Shown here one piece after another: positions 39,663-51,773 of a DNA stretch of 64,000 nucleotides. The stretch spans positions 2,976,001 to 3,040,000 of the forward strand of contig NZ_CP134949.1 in NCBI RefSeq assembly GCF_032116555.1, given 5' to 3'. The position numbers and the translations under genes were made by a program. Numbering within the stretch: position 1 is the first letter of the stretch; each line of letters begins with the position of its first letter. The notes beneath the pieces are model-generated. The model worked only from the letters and a program-made list of their open reading frames with translations, searched no databases and had not been told where the DNA came from. Source of the stretch: Halorarum halobium (GTDB lineage Archaea > Halobacteriota > Halobacteria > Halobacteriales > Haloferacaceae).

Positions 39663-40907
39663 TCAGCCACGCTTCAGGAACTCCCTGACCGTCTCCGCGA
39701 TGATCTCGCTCCCGAGCACGACCTCGTCCCACTCGACGTGTTCGTTCGGGTGGTGGGCGGTCCCGGACGACCCCGGACCGAACACGACTGCGGGGATCCC
39801 GGCCTCGATGTAGTGTCTGGCGTCGGTACCGGCGGTCGTCGCCACGTGGTTCGGGTCGGCGATGCCGCGTGCCCGCATCGACCGCGAGAGGAGTTCGACG
39901 ATGGGTTCGGTCCGGTCGATCTCCGACCCCGCAAACTGGACGGAGAACCGTTCGAACTCCGGGGGATGGGCGGACAGCCAGTCTGATTCGTCCGTGAGTT
40001 CGTCCAGCCGTCGCTGGTAGGCCGCCTCGACCTCCCGGACCGTCTCGGACGGTGCGACGCCGATCCGTACCTCGGCGGTGAGGTTCGACGGGACGCTCGA
40101 GGCCCACGTTCCGGCCTCCACCGTTCCGAAGTTGACCGGCCAGGGGTTGTCGTACTCCTCGTAGAGCGGGTGGACGACCCGCTCGGCCCGGTCACGCTCG
40201 AGCGATTTGAACGCGTTCCGGATCCGTTCGAAATGGGGAAGCACCGATTCTCCCTCCCACGGACGCCCGGCGTGAGCCGACTTCCCGTCCAGGCGGAGGC
40301 GCTTCATCAGACACCCCTCCGAGGCGACGACGACGTCCAGTCCGGTGGGTTCCGCGATCAACATCGCGTCGCGCTCGAACGGATACGGGTTGTTCACGGC
40401 GGCGGTGACCGCGCCGACACCCCCGTCCTCCTCGCCGGCGACGCTCTCGACCACGATCCTCCCGTCGAGCCCGGTCGCGCTTTCGGCGACGGCGAGCGCC
40501 GCGAACACCGTCGAGACGAGGCCGCCCTTCATGTCGAGCGCGCCGCGGGCGTACAGTCGGCCGTCCTCCCACCGCGGGTCGAACGGGTCCGACGCCCACT
40601 TCTCCTCGTCGACGGGGACGACGTCGGCGTGTCCGTTCAACACGACGGTCGGCCCCTCGTCGGGGGCCCCGAGTTCGAGGACGCCGGCGACGCTCGGCCG
40701 GTCCGCCAGTTCCAGCGACTCGGCGGACGGGAACGACCGGTGTGCGTCGATGACGGCCGGATCGGGCTGCCACTCGTACGTTCGGAACCCCAGCGACTCC
40801 AGCAGGTCGCGGAACCAGGCCTGCACGGCCGCTTCCTCACCCGGGAAACTCGGGAACGAGAGCATCCCTTCGACCGTGTCCCTCATTCGCTCTTCTCGCA
40901 CGTGCAT
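39663..40907 (-). CDS. M20 family ArgE/DapE-like deacylase
   Basis: NGHADVVP, GALDMKGG, GEEDGG, IAEPT, GTDA, AHHPNE. Confidence 0.92.
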   Translation of the reverse strand: MHVREERMRDTVEGMLSFPSFPGEEAAVQAWFRDLLESLGFRTYEWQPDPAVIDAHRSFPSAESLELADRPSVAGVLELGAPDEGPTVVLNGHADVVPVDEEKWASDPFDPRWEDGRLYARGALDMKGGLVSTVFAALAVAESATGLDGRIVVESVAGEEDGGVGAVTAAVNNPYPFERDAMLIAEPTGLDVVVASEGCLMKRLRLDGKSAHAGRPWEGESVLPHFERIRNAFKSLERDRAERVVHPLYEEYDNPWPVNFGTVEAGTWASSVPSNLTAEVRIGVAPSETVREVEAAYQRRLDELTDESDWLSAHPPEFERFSVQFAGSEIDRTEPIVELLSRSMRARGIADPNHVATTAGTDARHYIEAGIPAVVFGPGSSGTAHHPNEHVEWDEVVLGSEIIAETVREFLKRG

Positions 40908-41506
40908 CGTCAACTGATGACGAACAGTTCGGGTATTAGCGTTTCCGGTCCCGAACGTGGCGAGGCCCGGCCCCGTCGAACGTGGGAGACGTCCCGTCCT
41001 GCGTGGCGAATCCGGCCTCCGGCGGCGACCAGTACGATCCGCACCCGACGTTTGATATATGCAAAGACACCACGTCGGGCGGTTCGTCGAACGGCGGGTT
41101 CGATACGAGAGTTCGCGGGTTACAACAAACCGTCGGGGGGCCGTGTGGAACGTGGAAGGAAAACGGATGCTGCATTGGGCCGCCCGTTCCCGTGTCGCGT
41201 TGTCCGTCCCGGAAGCTGTCGGCCCCCGTTTGATAGTTTCAAACAGCTCTTTTTCATGCTAGTTGTTCTCAATCCACATAGAGTTCTGGCCGCTGAACGC
41301 GGTTTCCGTTACACTCGTATGATCGTAATTTCCTGGGGCGTTCGCCGGGGTTCGGCGGGTTAATTTCCGACACCTTCACCGATACTAAAACTTGTTTTGC
41401 ATATATCAAACGAACGTTCCGCTCCCACGTTCTCGTACTCGGGCGATCCGTTCCGGTGCCGGCCCGGTCTCGAGCGAACCGCCGGGTGGCCGGATCGCTC
41501 GAAGTG

Positions 41507-42832
41507 CTATGCGCAGTGGCCGGCCGAAGCCGTTTCACCGAGCGCATCCTCCAGGAGCTCACACGCGCGGTCGAGTTCGCGGTCCCGCACGTCGAGGGGC
41601 GGAAGCAGCCGAAGCGTCTTGTGTCCACACCCGAGGGTCAACAGTCCGCGGGTGAGCGCCGCCTCGATCACCGCGTCGCGGCGGGCCTTCTCGTCGAACT
41701 CGATCGCCGCCATCAGTCCGAGCCCACGGACGTCGACGATCGTCTCGGGGTACTCCCGTCGAAGCGATTCGAGCCGGTCGAGCAGCTGTTCCCCCTTCGC
41801 TCTCGCGTGATCGATCAACCCCTCCTCCCGGATCACCTCGAGGGTCAGCGCGCCCTGAATCGAGGCGATGACGTCGCCCGCTCCCCACGTCGAGGAGAGT
41901 CGCCCCCGCTCGTCGGGGAACATGCTCCGACTCGCCACCGTCGCACCGACGCGGAGTGCCTTGGCGCTCGTGATCACATCCGGCTCGATGTCGTAGTGGT
42001 CCGATGCCCACATCTCGCCCGTCCGTCCGACGCCCGACTGGATCTCGTCGGCGATGATCGGAATCCCGTGCGCCGCGCAGACGTCATCGAGCGCGCTCAT
42101 GAACGCGGGGTCGGGCACTTCGTACCCGCCCTCTCCCTGAACCGGCTCGAGGACGACGAAGGCGACCTGTTCGGCGGGGATGTCCCCCCGCGCCGGGTCG
42201 AGCCGTCGTTCGAGCCGTTCGACCCCCGCGAGGGAGAACGGGACGTCGTGGATCCCGCTCAGCTCCGGAAACTTCCGCCTGTGTTTCGCTTTCGACCGGT
42301 TCAACGAGAGCGCCCCGAGCGTCCTGCCGTGGAACGCACCTTCGAACGTGATTCCGTACTTGGGGTCCTCACAGCGGTCGTAACAGATCTTCATCGCGTT
42401 TTCGATCGCTTCCGCTCCGGTGTTCGACAGGAATACGGTGTCCATGTCGTACTGCTCCGTGATCTCGGCCAGCCTGTGCATCAGGTGTGCTGGCCCGGGG
42501 AGCTCGCTCGACTCCGGCGTCCCACCCGTGCTGACGTAGAAGTCCTGTCCGGCGATTTTCAGCGGGTCGAACAGGTCGAACTCCCGAAGCCGGCTCATCA
42601 CGTGCGGGTTGTTGTATCCCAGCGGCGCCGCGGCGACGTGGCTCGTGAAGTCGAGGAAGACGTTCCCGTCGGTGTCCGTGCAGAACGGGCCGACCGCGTC
42701 GGCCGTGATGTCCAGGACGAAATCATAGACGTACGTACTCGGCGCGGAGACGGCTCGATGATACGTCACCCACTGCTTCGCGGTCGGTCCCGGAAACTCA
42801 CGGACGTGCGGCTCCGCCATCTGGCGCTGCAT
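41507..42832 (-). CDS. Class-III PLP aminotransferase (omega-amino: GABA/lysine/ornithine/diamine type)
   Basis: TGAEAIENAMK, AFHGRT, LEPVQGEGG, ADEIQSG, SAKA (PLP lysine), SSTWG. Confidence 0.92.
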   Translation of the reverse strand: MQRQMAEPHVREFPGPTAKQWVTYHRAVSAPSTYVYDFVLDITADAVGPFCTDTDGNVFLDFTSHVAAAPLGYNNPHVMSRLREFDLFDPLKIAGQDFYVSTGGTPESSELPGPAHLMHRLAEITEQYDMDTVFLSNTGAEAIENAMKICYDRCEDPKYGITFEGAFHGRTLGALSLNRSKAKHRRKFPELSGIHDVPFSLAGVERLERRLDPARGDIPAEQVAFVVLEPVQGEGGYEVPDPAFMSALDDVCAAHGIPIIADEIQSGVGRTGEMWASDHYDIEPDVITSAKALRVGATVASRSMFPDERGRLSSTWGAGDVIASIQGALTLEVIREEGLIDHARAKGEQLLDRLESLRREYPETIVDVRGLGLMAAIEFDEKARRDAVIEAALTRGLLTLGCGHKTLRLLPPLDVRDRELDRACELLEDALGETASAGHCA

Positions 42833-43146
42833 GTCCGGCCCCTCCAGAGCCAACTACATAAACGATGTGAGTTCACTGGGTGGACAAAATGGGGAGCAAT
42901 CGAACGCTTCCCGTCGTAGCTGAGCCCCGGACCGGCCCTGGCCGGGTCGTTCGAACCACTCCGAACGGCCGCGGACGGTCTCCGAGTGAACGTCACTCGA
43001 GCAGTGATCCGGGTTGCCCGAGTGGGATCATCTGCGCTACAGCCCAGGACGCGATTCGCGCTCGAGTCCCCCCGTTCGTCGAAACCGTCGGACGCACGGC
43101 TCCGGACCGTTCCGATGCGTCGACGACGACCCGCGGCTTCGCGGAA

Positions 43147-43947
43147 TCACGGCGCGTCGGCGTCCGCGATCTCCAGGTTCACCTCGATGATGTTGGCGGC
43201 CTCCTTGACCATCGACGGGACTGTCGAGTTGAAGTACTCGCCGGAGAACCGACTGCTCGGCGCGGTCACGCTGATTCCCCCGCGGACGCTGTCGTCCCGG
43301 CCCTGGATCCACGTCCCGACGGATCGGATCCCGCGCACCTCCTCCTCGTCGTTCACGGCGTACCCCTGATCGCTGATTCGGTCGAGTTCGGAGAACAGAC
43401 GCTCGGCGTCCGTGATCGTCGCCGGCGTCTTCCGGACGAGCCCCCACCTGTCGATGATCTCCTCGACTCGCTCGCGGTCGAACGCCGCCAACATCGCCTT
43501 CCCGGTGGCCGTGTGGTGCAGGTACTGTGGGGACTCCCGGGTCTGGAGGTGATAGTCCGTTCCGATCGCCTGATCGCCGCTGCTCTCGTACACCGTCACT
43601 TCCTGGCCACGGAACGGGGCGGTGAGATGGACCCATTCGTCCGTCTCGTCCGCCAGGTTCCGAACCCGTTCCTGTCCGGCCTGATACAGGTCCGACTGGT
43701 TGCGGACGGTTTCACCCATGGTCAGACACCGGAACCCGAGGCTGTACTGGTTCCCCGATTTCCCGACGAACCCCTCCTCGTGGAGCGTCTCCACATACGT
43801 GTGTATCGTCCCCTTCGACAGCTCTAGTTCCTCACAGAGTCTGGCGAACGTGGGGGCCTGGAGATACTGTATCTTCTCGAGGATCTCGCTCGCGTTCTGG
43901 AGAGATTTGATCCGGCGAGGCGAGTCGGACGAACCCCCGGAACTCAT
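43147..43947 (-). CDS. IclR family transcriptional regulator
   Basis: LSKGTIHTYVETL HTH, HHTATGKAMLA, GYAVNDEE. Confidence 0.93.
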   Translation of the reverse strand: MSSGGSSDSPRRIKSLQNASEILEKIQYLQAPTFARLCEELELSKGTIHTYVETLHEEGFVGKSGNQYSLGFRCLTMGETVRNQSDLYQAGQERVRNLADETDEWVHLTAPFRGQEVTVYESSGDQAIGTDYHLQTRESPQYLHHTATGKAMLAAFDRERVEEIIDRWGLVRKTPATITDAERLFSELDRISDQGYAVNDEEEVRGIRSVGTWIQGRDDSVRGGISVTAPSSRFSGEYFNSTVPSMVKEAANIIEVNLEIADADAP

Positions 43948-44129
43948 GCTCGGTCTCAGGTGGCCGGTGCATTTGTAGCTTGGGTATGCGGGCGTTTTGG
44001 GGCGGACGGAGCGGTACCGCTTTCGGGCGGATGGAGCGGCGAGCGGGGACGAACGGTGCTGGTCAGGGCACGATCCGCTACCGTAATCGTTCCAAAACAC
44101 TATATGCTATAGCCTCATGGCCAACCAAC

Positions 44130-45551
44130 ATGGCCAAGCGCCCAGAAAACGGGCAGTACCGATCGTTCGACGCCGTCGTCTCGGACGTCCCCCGCTACGA
44201 ATCGTTCTACGGCGTCGCCGAACACAGAGCGCGTGACGAAGCCCTCGCGGCCGAGCACGACCACGTGTCGTTCGAGGTCGAGGGCGAAAGCAGCGACGGG
44301 AACGAGATCTGGTCGCTGACGGTCGGCGAGGGACCGTACACGGCGTTCATGTTCGCGGCCCCGCACCCGAACGAACCGATCGGAAGCATGACCATCGACT
44401 TCCTCGCCCACCGGCTTGCGACCGACGAGTCGTTCAGGGAGTCGTTCGACTACGAGTTCGTGTTCGTAAAGACCGCGGACGTCGACGGGACGCTCCTGAA
44501 CGAGGGCTGGTTCGACGGGCCGTTCACGGTCTCGAACTACGCCCAGAACTTCTATCGCCCCGCCGGCGACGAGCAGGTCGAGTGGACGTTCCCGATCGAG
44601 TACGAGGAGTACGAGTTCGACGCGCCGGTTCCCGAGACGGAGGTTCTCATGGACATCATCGCGGAGACGGAGCCGGAGTTCATCTACAGCCTCCACAACG
44701 CCGGGTTCGGCGGCTGCTACTACTACATCAGCCACGACCTCGACGAGATCTTCGACGACCTCCGCGGCATCGCCCGCGAGCGTGATATCCCGCTCCATCT
44801 CGGCGAACCGGAGACGCCGTGGGCCACGGAGTTCGACGACGCCGTCTTCGAGACGCTCTCGACGAAGGAGCACTACGACTACCTGGTCGAACACACGGAC
44901 CAGGACCCGACGGAGATGCTCACGACCGGCGGGAGCAGCCTCGACTTCGCTCACGAACACAACGAGGACGCGGTCGGGCTGATCACGGAGCTCCCGTACT
45001 TCTACGACGAGCAGATCGAATCCGAGACCGAGACGGATCGGACGAGACGGGAGGTCGTCCTCGAGGGAGCCGACCGTGGGGCCGAGCTCCTCGCGTTTCT
45101 CGAAGCGCAGCTGGACCGGGTTCGTGACCATCTGCCCGACACGCGCCCCTCCCGGGCCGTCGCGGAGATGGTCGAGAAGGGGCCCGAGCGAATCGACGCG
45201 AAGCGATCGTGGGCGGAGGACGCCCCCGAACTGGAGGAGCCCGCGACGGTCGCACAGACGGTGGACGCGCTCACGATGCGGTCGTTCTACCAGATGCTCT
45301 ACTTCGGGACGTTCCTCCGCGTCCTGGATCACGCCGCGATGGGCGCGGAAGACGAGGAGACGGCGGAGCTGCTCGGGGAGGTCAAATCGACGGTGGAAGC
45401 GCGCCTGCACGAGCTGAACGGCCAGTTACTCGAGGATCTCGACTACAAGCTCATTTCGATCCGGAAGCTCGTGGCGATTCAGGCGCAGGCGGGTCTGATC
45501 TGCATGGACTATCTCCAGCACTCGGGACGGTTCGAGACGGACACGAACTAG
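44130..45551 (+). CDS. M14 zinc carboxypeptidase/deacylase family protein
   Basis: HPNEP (HxxE), PET, YSLHN, ITELPY; TATATG at 44101-44106. Confidence 0.85.
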   Translation: MAKRPENGQYRSFDAVVSDVPRYESFYGVAEHRARDEALAAEHDHVSFEVEGESSDGNEIWSLTVGEGPYTAFMFAAPHPNEPIGSMTIDFLAHRLATDESFRESFDYEFVFVKTADVDGTLLNEGWFDGPFTVSNYAQNFYRPAGDEQVEWTFPIEYEEYEFDAPVPETEVLMDIIAETEPEFIYSLHNAGFGGCYYYISHDLDEIFDDLRGIARERDIPLHLGEPETPWATEFDDAVFETLSTKEHYDYLVEHTDQDPTEMLTTGGSSLDFAHEHNEDAVGLITELPYFYDEQIESETETDRTRREVVLEGADRGAELLAFLEAQLDRVRDHLPDTRPSRAVAEMVEKGPERIDAKRSWAEDAPELEEPATVAQTVDALTMRSFYQMLYFGTFLRVLDHAAMGAEDEETAELLGEVKSTVEARLHELNGQLLEDLDYKLISIRKLVAIQAQAGLICMDYLQHSGRFETDTN

Positions 45552-46130
45552 CGACCTCCCTCGCCGCACCTTTTCGAACGCCCGGCACGCGGAGAGCGGG
45601 GTGTCCCCCTTCGTCCCAACCCGTCCAAAAGACAGTTTAAAATATAATAGTAGTATTTGGTAGTACCAGATAAATTATTTCTCGCAACGACGCCGGCGAC
45701 TGAAGTCGTGGGGGCGGAGAACGGCCCGTAACCGACGTACTCCGGCCACACAGTGCTCGAAGCCCGGATGAACCGAGGCGACGGCCCGTCCTTCCGGGCC
45801 GACTGCGGCCGTCGATCCCGGAGGCGAACGGACTGCTTCGCGTGAAGTCCCCAAACCGACCACAGCCGCCGACTCGACGGACGCTCGGGTCGGAGTGACG
45901 TCCGGGTGACGCTCCCCGGCGATCGGATAGCTCCTGACGTCCCTCCCGCAATGAGCAAGTACATTCAGCCTCCTCAAATAGATTTCTTCTTTATACTAAC
46001 AGAAAGTATATTCTAACTTCGAATAGTCATGGAGTTGTGATTCAGGTCGAGAGATCAGGAACCGGTACGCGTACTCGCAAGCCCCGGGCTACGGTGGAAC
46101 CCGTCCCAGCGAAAGGAAACGCGAGCGTAG

Positions 46131-48377
<2,247 letters not shown>

Positions 48378-48506
48378 GCGCTCGATGTGGGTTCGTCTCC
48401 GTCTCCGAGCATAGTTCTTCGCTTTCCGGGTCGGATGCTCCGAACGGCTGCTCCTCCAGCGAGGCGTCGACCTGCCCGCCACGGTCGGAACGCCGCCGTC
48501 AGGGGC

Positions 48507-49685
48507 TCACCGGCCGGCGTCGTGGACCAGCGAGTCGCCCGTCGACGCGTCGAACAGGTGGCACTTCTCGAGGTTGAACTCGAAGCTCAGCGAGTCGCCC
48601 CGCTGGATGTCGCTGTTCGGTTCGACGATGGCCTTGTACTCGATGCCGTTGCCCGTCACCGTGAGGAGGAAGTTCGAGCCCATCTCCTCGACGACGACCA
48701 CGTCGACGGTCGTGTGGCTGTCGGCGTCCGTTCCGGCGTTGTGCGCCTCGACGCTGACGTCCTCGGGCCGGACGCCGAACCGCGCGTCGAACTCGCCGGT
48801 CCGGTCCAGTTCCCCGCGCATCCAGTCGGGCAGCGGGATCGTGAACGCGTCCGTCCGGATCTCCCCGGCGTCGACGGCCACCGACGCGTCGAAGAAGTTC
48901 ATCGAGGGGCTCCCCATGAAGCCGCCGACGAACTCGTTGGCGGGCTGGTCGTACACCTGCTGTGGGGGCGCGATCTGCTGGACCTCGCCGTCGTACATGA
49001 CGACGACGCGGTCGCCCAGCGTCATCGCCTCCGCCTGGTCGTGGGTTACGTAGATCGACGTCTTGCCGATCTCGTTGTGGAGCTTGTTGAGCTCCGTCCG
49101 CATCTGCACCCGGAGCTTCGCGTCGAGGTTCGACAGCGGCTCGTCGAACAGGAACACCCGCGGCTCGCGGACGATCGCCCGTCCGAGCGCGACCCGCTGC
49201 TGCTGGCCGCCCGAGAGGTCCTTCGGCTGCCGTTCGAGCAGTTCGGGAATCTCCAGCAGCCTCGCGCTCTCCTGGACCCGCCGTTCCCGCTCGTCCTTCG
49301 GAACGCTCCGGACCTTGAGCGGGTACTCCATGTTCTCGCGGACGGTCATGTGTGGGTACAGCGCGTACGACTGGAACACCATCGCGACGTCGCGCTGGCG
49401 CGGGGGTTGCCCCTCCACGTTCTCCCCGTTGATGACGATCTGGCCCTCGGTGATCTCTTCGAGCCCCGCGACCGAGCGGAGCGTCGTCGACTTTCCACAG
49501 CCGGACGGGCCGACGAACACGATGAACTCGCCCTCCTCGATGCCGATGTTCATGTCGTCGACCGCGACGACGCCGCTGCCGCCGTCGTCGTACACCTTGG
49601 TCAGGCCGTCGATTTCCAGGTAGGAATCGCTGGGGGCAGTGCGTGTGTCGGTCCGTTCGGGATCGGCGGTATCTGTCTCGCTCAT
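48507..49685 (-). CDS. Sugar ABC transporter ATP-binding protein (MalK/UgpC-like)
   Basis: GPSGCGKST, VFQSYALYPH, LSGGQ, DEPLSNLD. Confidence 0.95.
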   Translation of the reverse strand: MSETDTADPERTDTRTAPSDSYLEIDGLTKVYDDGGSGVVAVDDMNIGIEEGEFIVFVGPSGCGKSTTLRSVAGLEEITEGQIVINGENVEGQPPRQRDVAMVFQSYALYPHMTVRENMEYPLKVRSVPKDERERRVQESARLLEIPELLERQPKDLSGGQQQRVALGRAIVREPRVFLFDEPLSNLDAKLRVQMRTELNKLHNEIGKTSIYVTHDQAEAMTLGDRVVVMYDGEVQQIAPPQQVYDQPANEFVGGFMGSPSMNFFDASVAVDAGEIRTDAFTIPLPDWMRGELDRTGEFDARFGVRPEDVSVEAHNAGTDADSHTTVDVVVVEEMGSNFLLTVTGNGIEYKAIVEPNSDIQRGDSLSFEFNLEKCHLFDASTGDSLVHDAGR

Positions 49686-49738
49686 TGTGAGGTCGTGTTG
49701 AACTACTGTTTGGCTGGCCGTGTCATATATGTTGGTGT

Positions 49739-50635
49739 CTATCCCTTGATCGCCCCGGCGGTGAGCCCGCTCACGATGTGTCGCTGGAACAGGACCACGA
49801 AGACGAGCGCGGGCAACATCGCGATGAAGCCCGCCGCCGCGAGGTAGTTCCAGAGGATGACCACGTCCTCGATCATCATCATCGCGCCCACCGGAATCGT
49901 CTTGGACGCGTCGGTGAACGTCAGCACGAACGCGAACAGGAACTCACGCCACGAGAACAGGAACGTGAGGATGGCGCAGGCGGCGACGCCCGGCTTCGCC
50001 AGCGGCAGGATGATGTCCTTGAACGTCTGGAACCGGGTGGCGCCGTCGATGTAGGCCGCCTCGTCCAGGTCCGCCGGGATCGAGACGAAATAGTTCCGCA
50101 TCAGCCAGATCACCAGCGGGAGGTTCATGTACGTGTACACCATGATGAGCGCCAGCCGGGTGTCGATGAGATCGCCGATGCTGAACAGCCGGTAGAACGG
50201 GACGAGCATCCCGATCGGGGGGAGCAGTCGGGCGCCCAGGATGCCGATGAACACGTAGTCGTCGTACGGGAAGCGGAACCGCGAGAAGCCGTAGCCCGCG
50301 AGCGTCCCGAAGCTGACCACCAGCACCGTCGTCACGACGGCGACGACGAGGCTGTTGAGGGTGAACATGTTGAACGCCCGCTGGAACCAGAGGTCGGCGT
50401 AGTTCTGCCAGACCGGGGCGATGAGCTGCTCCGGGACGATGTTCGGCGGGAAGGCGTGTATCGCGTCCAGCGTCTTGATGCTGGAGACGAACGTCCAGTA
50501 CACCGGGAACGTGAAGTAGAGGACCAGCGCCGTGAGCACCGCGGTCACGACGTACTTGCCCGTAACGATCCGCCCGACCTGTTGGATCATCTCGTACCGA
50601 CGTTCCGAGCCGAGTACGGAGTCTTTGGTTGCCAT
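49739..50635 (-). CDS. Carbohydrate ABC transporter permease
   Basis: LDEAAYIDGA EAA motif, GLTAGAIKG C-terminus. Confidence 0.93.
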   Translation of the reverse strand: MATKDSVLGSERRYEMIQQVGRIVTGKYVVTAVLTALVLYFTFPVYWTFVSSIKTLDAIHAFPPNIVPEQLIAPVWQNYADLWFQRAFNMFTLNSLVVAVVTTVLVVSFGTLAGYGFSRFRFPYDDYVFIGILGARLLPPIGMLVPFYRLFSIGDLIDTRLALIMVYTYMNLPLVIWLMRNYFVSIPADLDEAAYIDGATRFQTFKDIILPLAKPGVAACAILTFLFSWREFLFAFVLTFTDASKTIPVGAMMMIEDVVILWNYLAAAGFIAMLPALVFVVLFQRHIVSGLTAGAIKG

Positions 50636-50642
50636 TGTTGGA

Positions 50643-51611
50643 TTATGCTGTTTCGAGCGCGTCTTCCTGGACCTGCAGGACGTAGATCGTGACGAAGATC
50701 ATCGTGATGACGATCATGACGATGGAGAGTGCCGACGCGTAGCCGAGCCGCGACTGGTTGATGCCCACCTGATAGATGTACGTGGCGAGCACGCGCGTGG
50801 CGTTGGCCGGTCCGCCCCCGGTCATGGCGAAGACGACCGAGAACGTCCGGAACGCGAACATCGACATGATGAGCAGCGCGATCGCCGCCTGCGGCTTCAG
50901 GTGCGGGATCGTGATGTCCCGGAACTGGTGCAGGAAGTTCGCGCCGTCGACGTTCGCGGCCTCGTAGAGGTCCTCCGGGATCGTCTGGAGCCCCGCGAGA
51001 AGCAGGATCGCCGCGAACGGTGCGCGCGCCCAGGCGTCGACGATGACGACCGAGACGAACGCGAGCGTCGGGTCGGTGATGAACCCGAGGTTCTCCGAGA
51101 TGAGCCCGAGCTGGGTGAGCAGTCCGTTCACGATGCCGTAGTCGGCGTGGAGCATGAACCGCCAGATGAGGCCCGTCACGACGAGCGGAACCGCCCACGC
51201 GAGCAGGATCAACACGGTGAACGTGCTCCTGACACGCTTCGAGACGACCTGGTTGATAGCGAGCGCGGCCGTCAGGCCGAGGACGAACGCGATCGAGACC
51301 GAACCCAGGACGTACAGGACCGAGTGTTGCAACGACAGGTAGAACATCGGGTCCTGCAACACCTGCAGGAAGTTCTGCAATCCGATGAACTCGTCGGGAC
51401 TGTACTGGTTGGTTATGTGAGTGCTGGTCCACACCAGATAGCTCGTCGGGAGAATAACGATGGTCCCCAGCAGCAACAGCGGCGGCGTGAGGACGATGAA
51501 CATGAACTTGTCATTGATCCACTCCCGGACCGGTCCGACGTCGCCCGTTTCCTCTCCGCTGAAGAGACCGAACCCTTCGCGAAGACTTTCTGTCGACCCC
51601 TTCGATGCCAT
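50643..51611 (-). CDS. Carbohydrate ABC transporter permease
   Basis: FIGLQNF, LYEAANVDGA, MTGGGP. Confidence 0.93.
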   Translation of the reverse strand: MASKGSTESLREGFGLFSGEETGDVGPVREWINDKFMFIVLTPPLLLLGTIVILPTSYLVWTSTHITNQYSPDEFIGLQNFLQVLQDPMFYLSLQHSVLYVLGSVSIAFVLGLTAALAINQVVSKRVRSTFTVLILLAWAVPLVVTGLIWRFMLHADYGIVNGLLTQLGLISENLGFITDPTLAFVSVVIVDAWARAPFAAILLLAGLQTIPEDLYEAANVDGANFLHQFRDITIPHLKPQAAIALLIMSMFAFRTFSVVFAMTGGGPANATRVLATYIYQVGINQSRLGYASALSIVMIVITMIFVTIYVLQVQEDALETA

Positions 51612-51773
51612 CTGTGTGTCATAGCTTGTCGTTCCTTATTGAATCTTTTGTTCTCCTGCCGTTCAGTTCCCCACGCCGACGCTACCGACCCGCCGGCGTT
51701 CCTCCCCGTCGAACTGCCGTCCGGAGCGAAGCGGGGGACGACGCGAAACGCGGGTGCGTCGTGTCGTCGCGGC

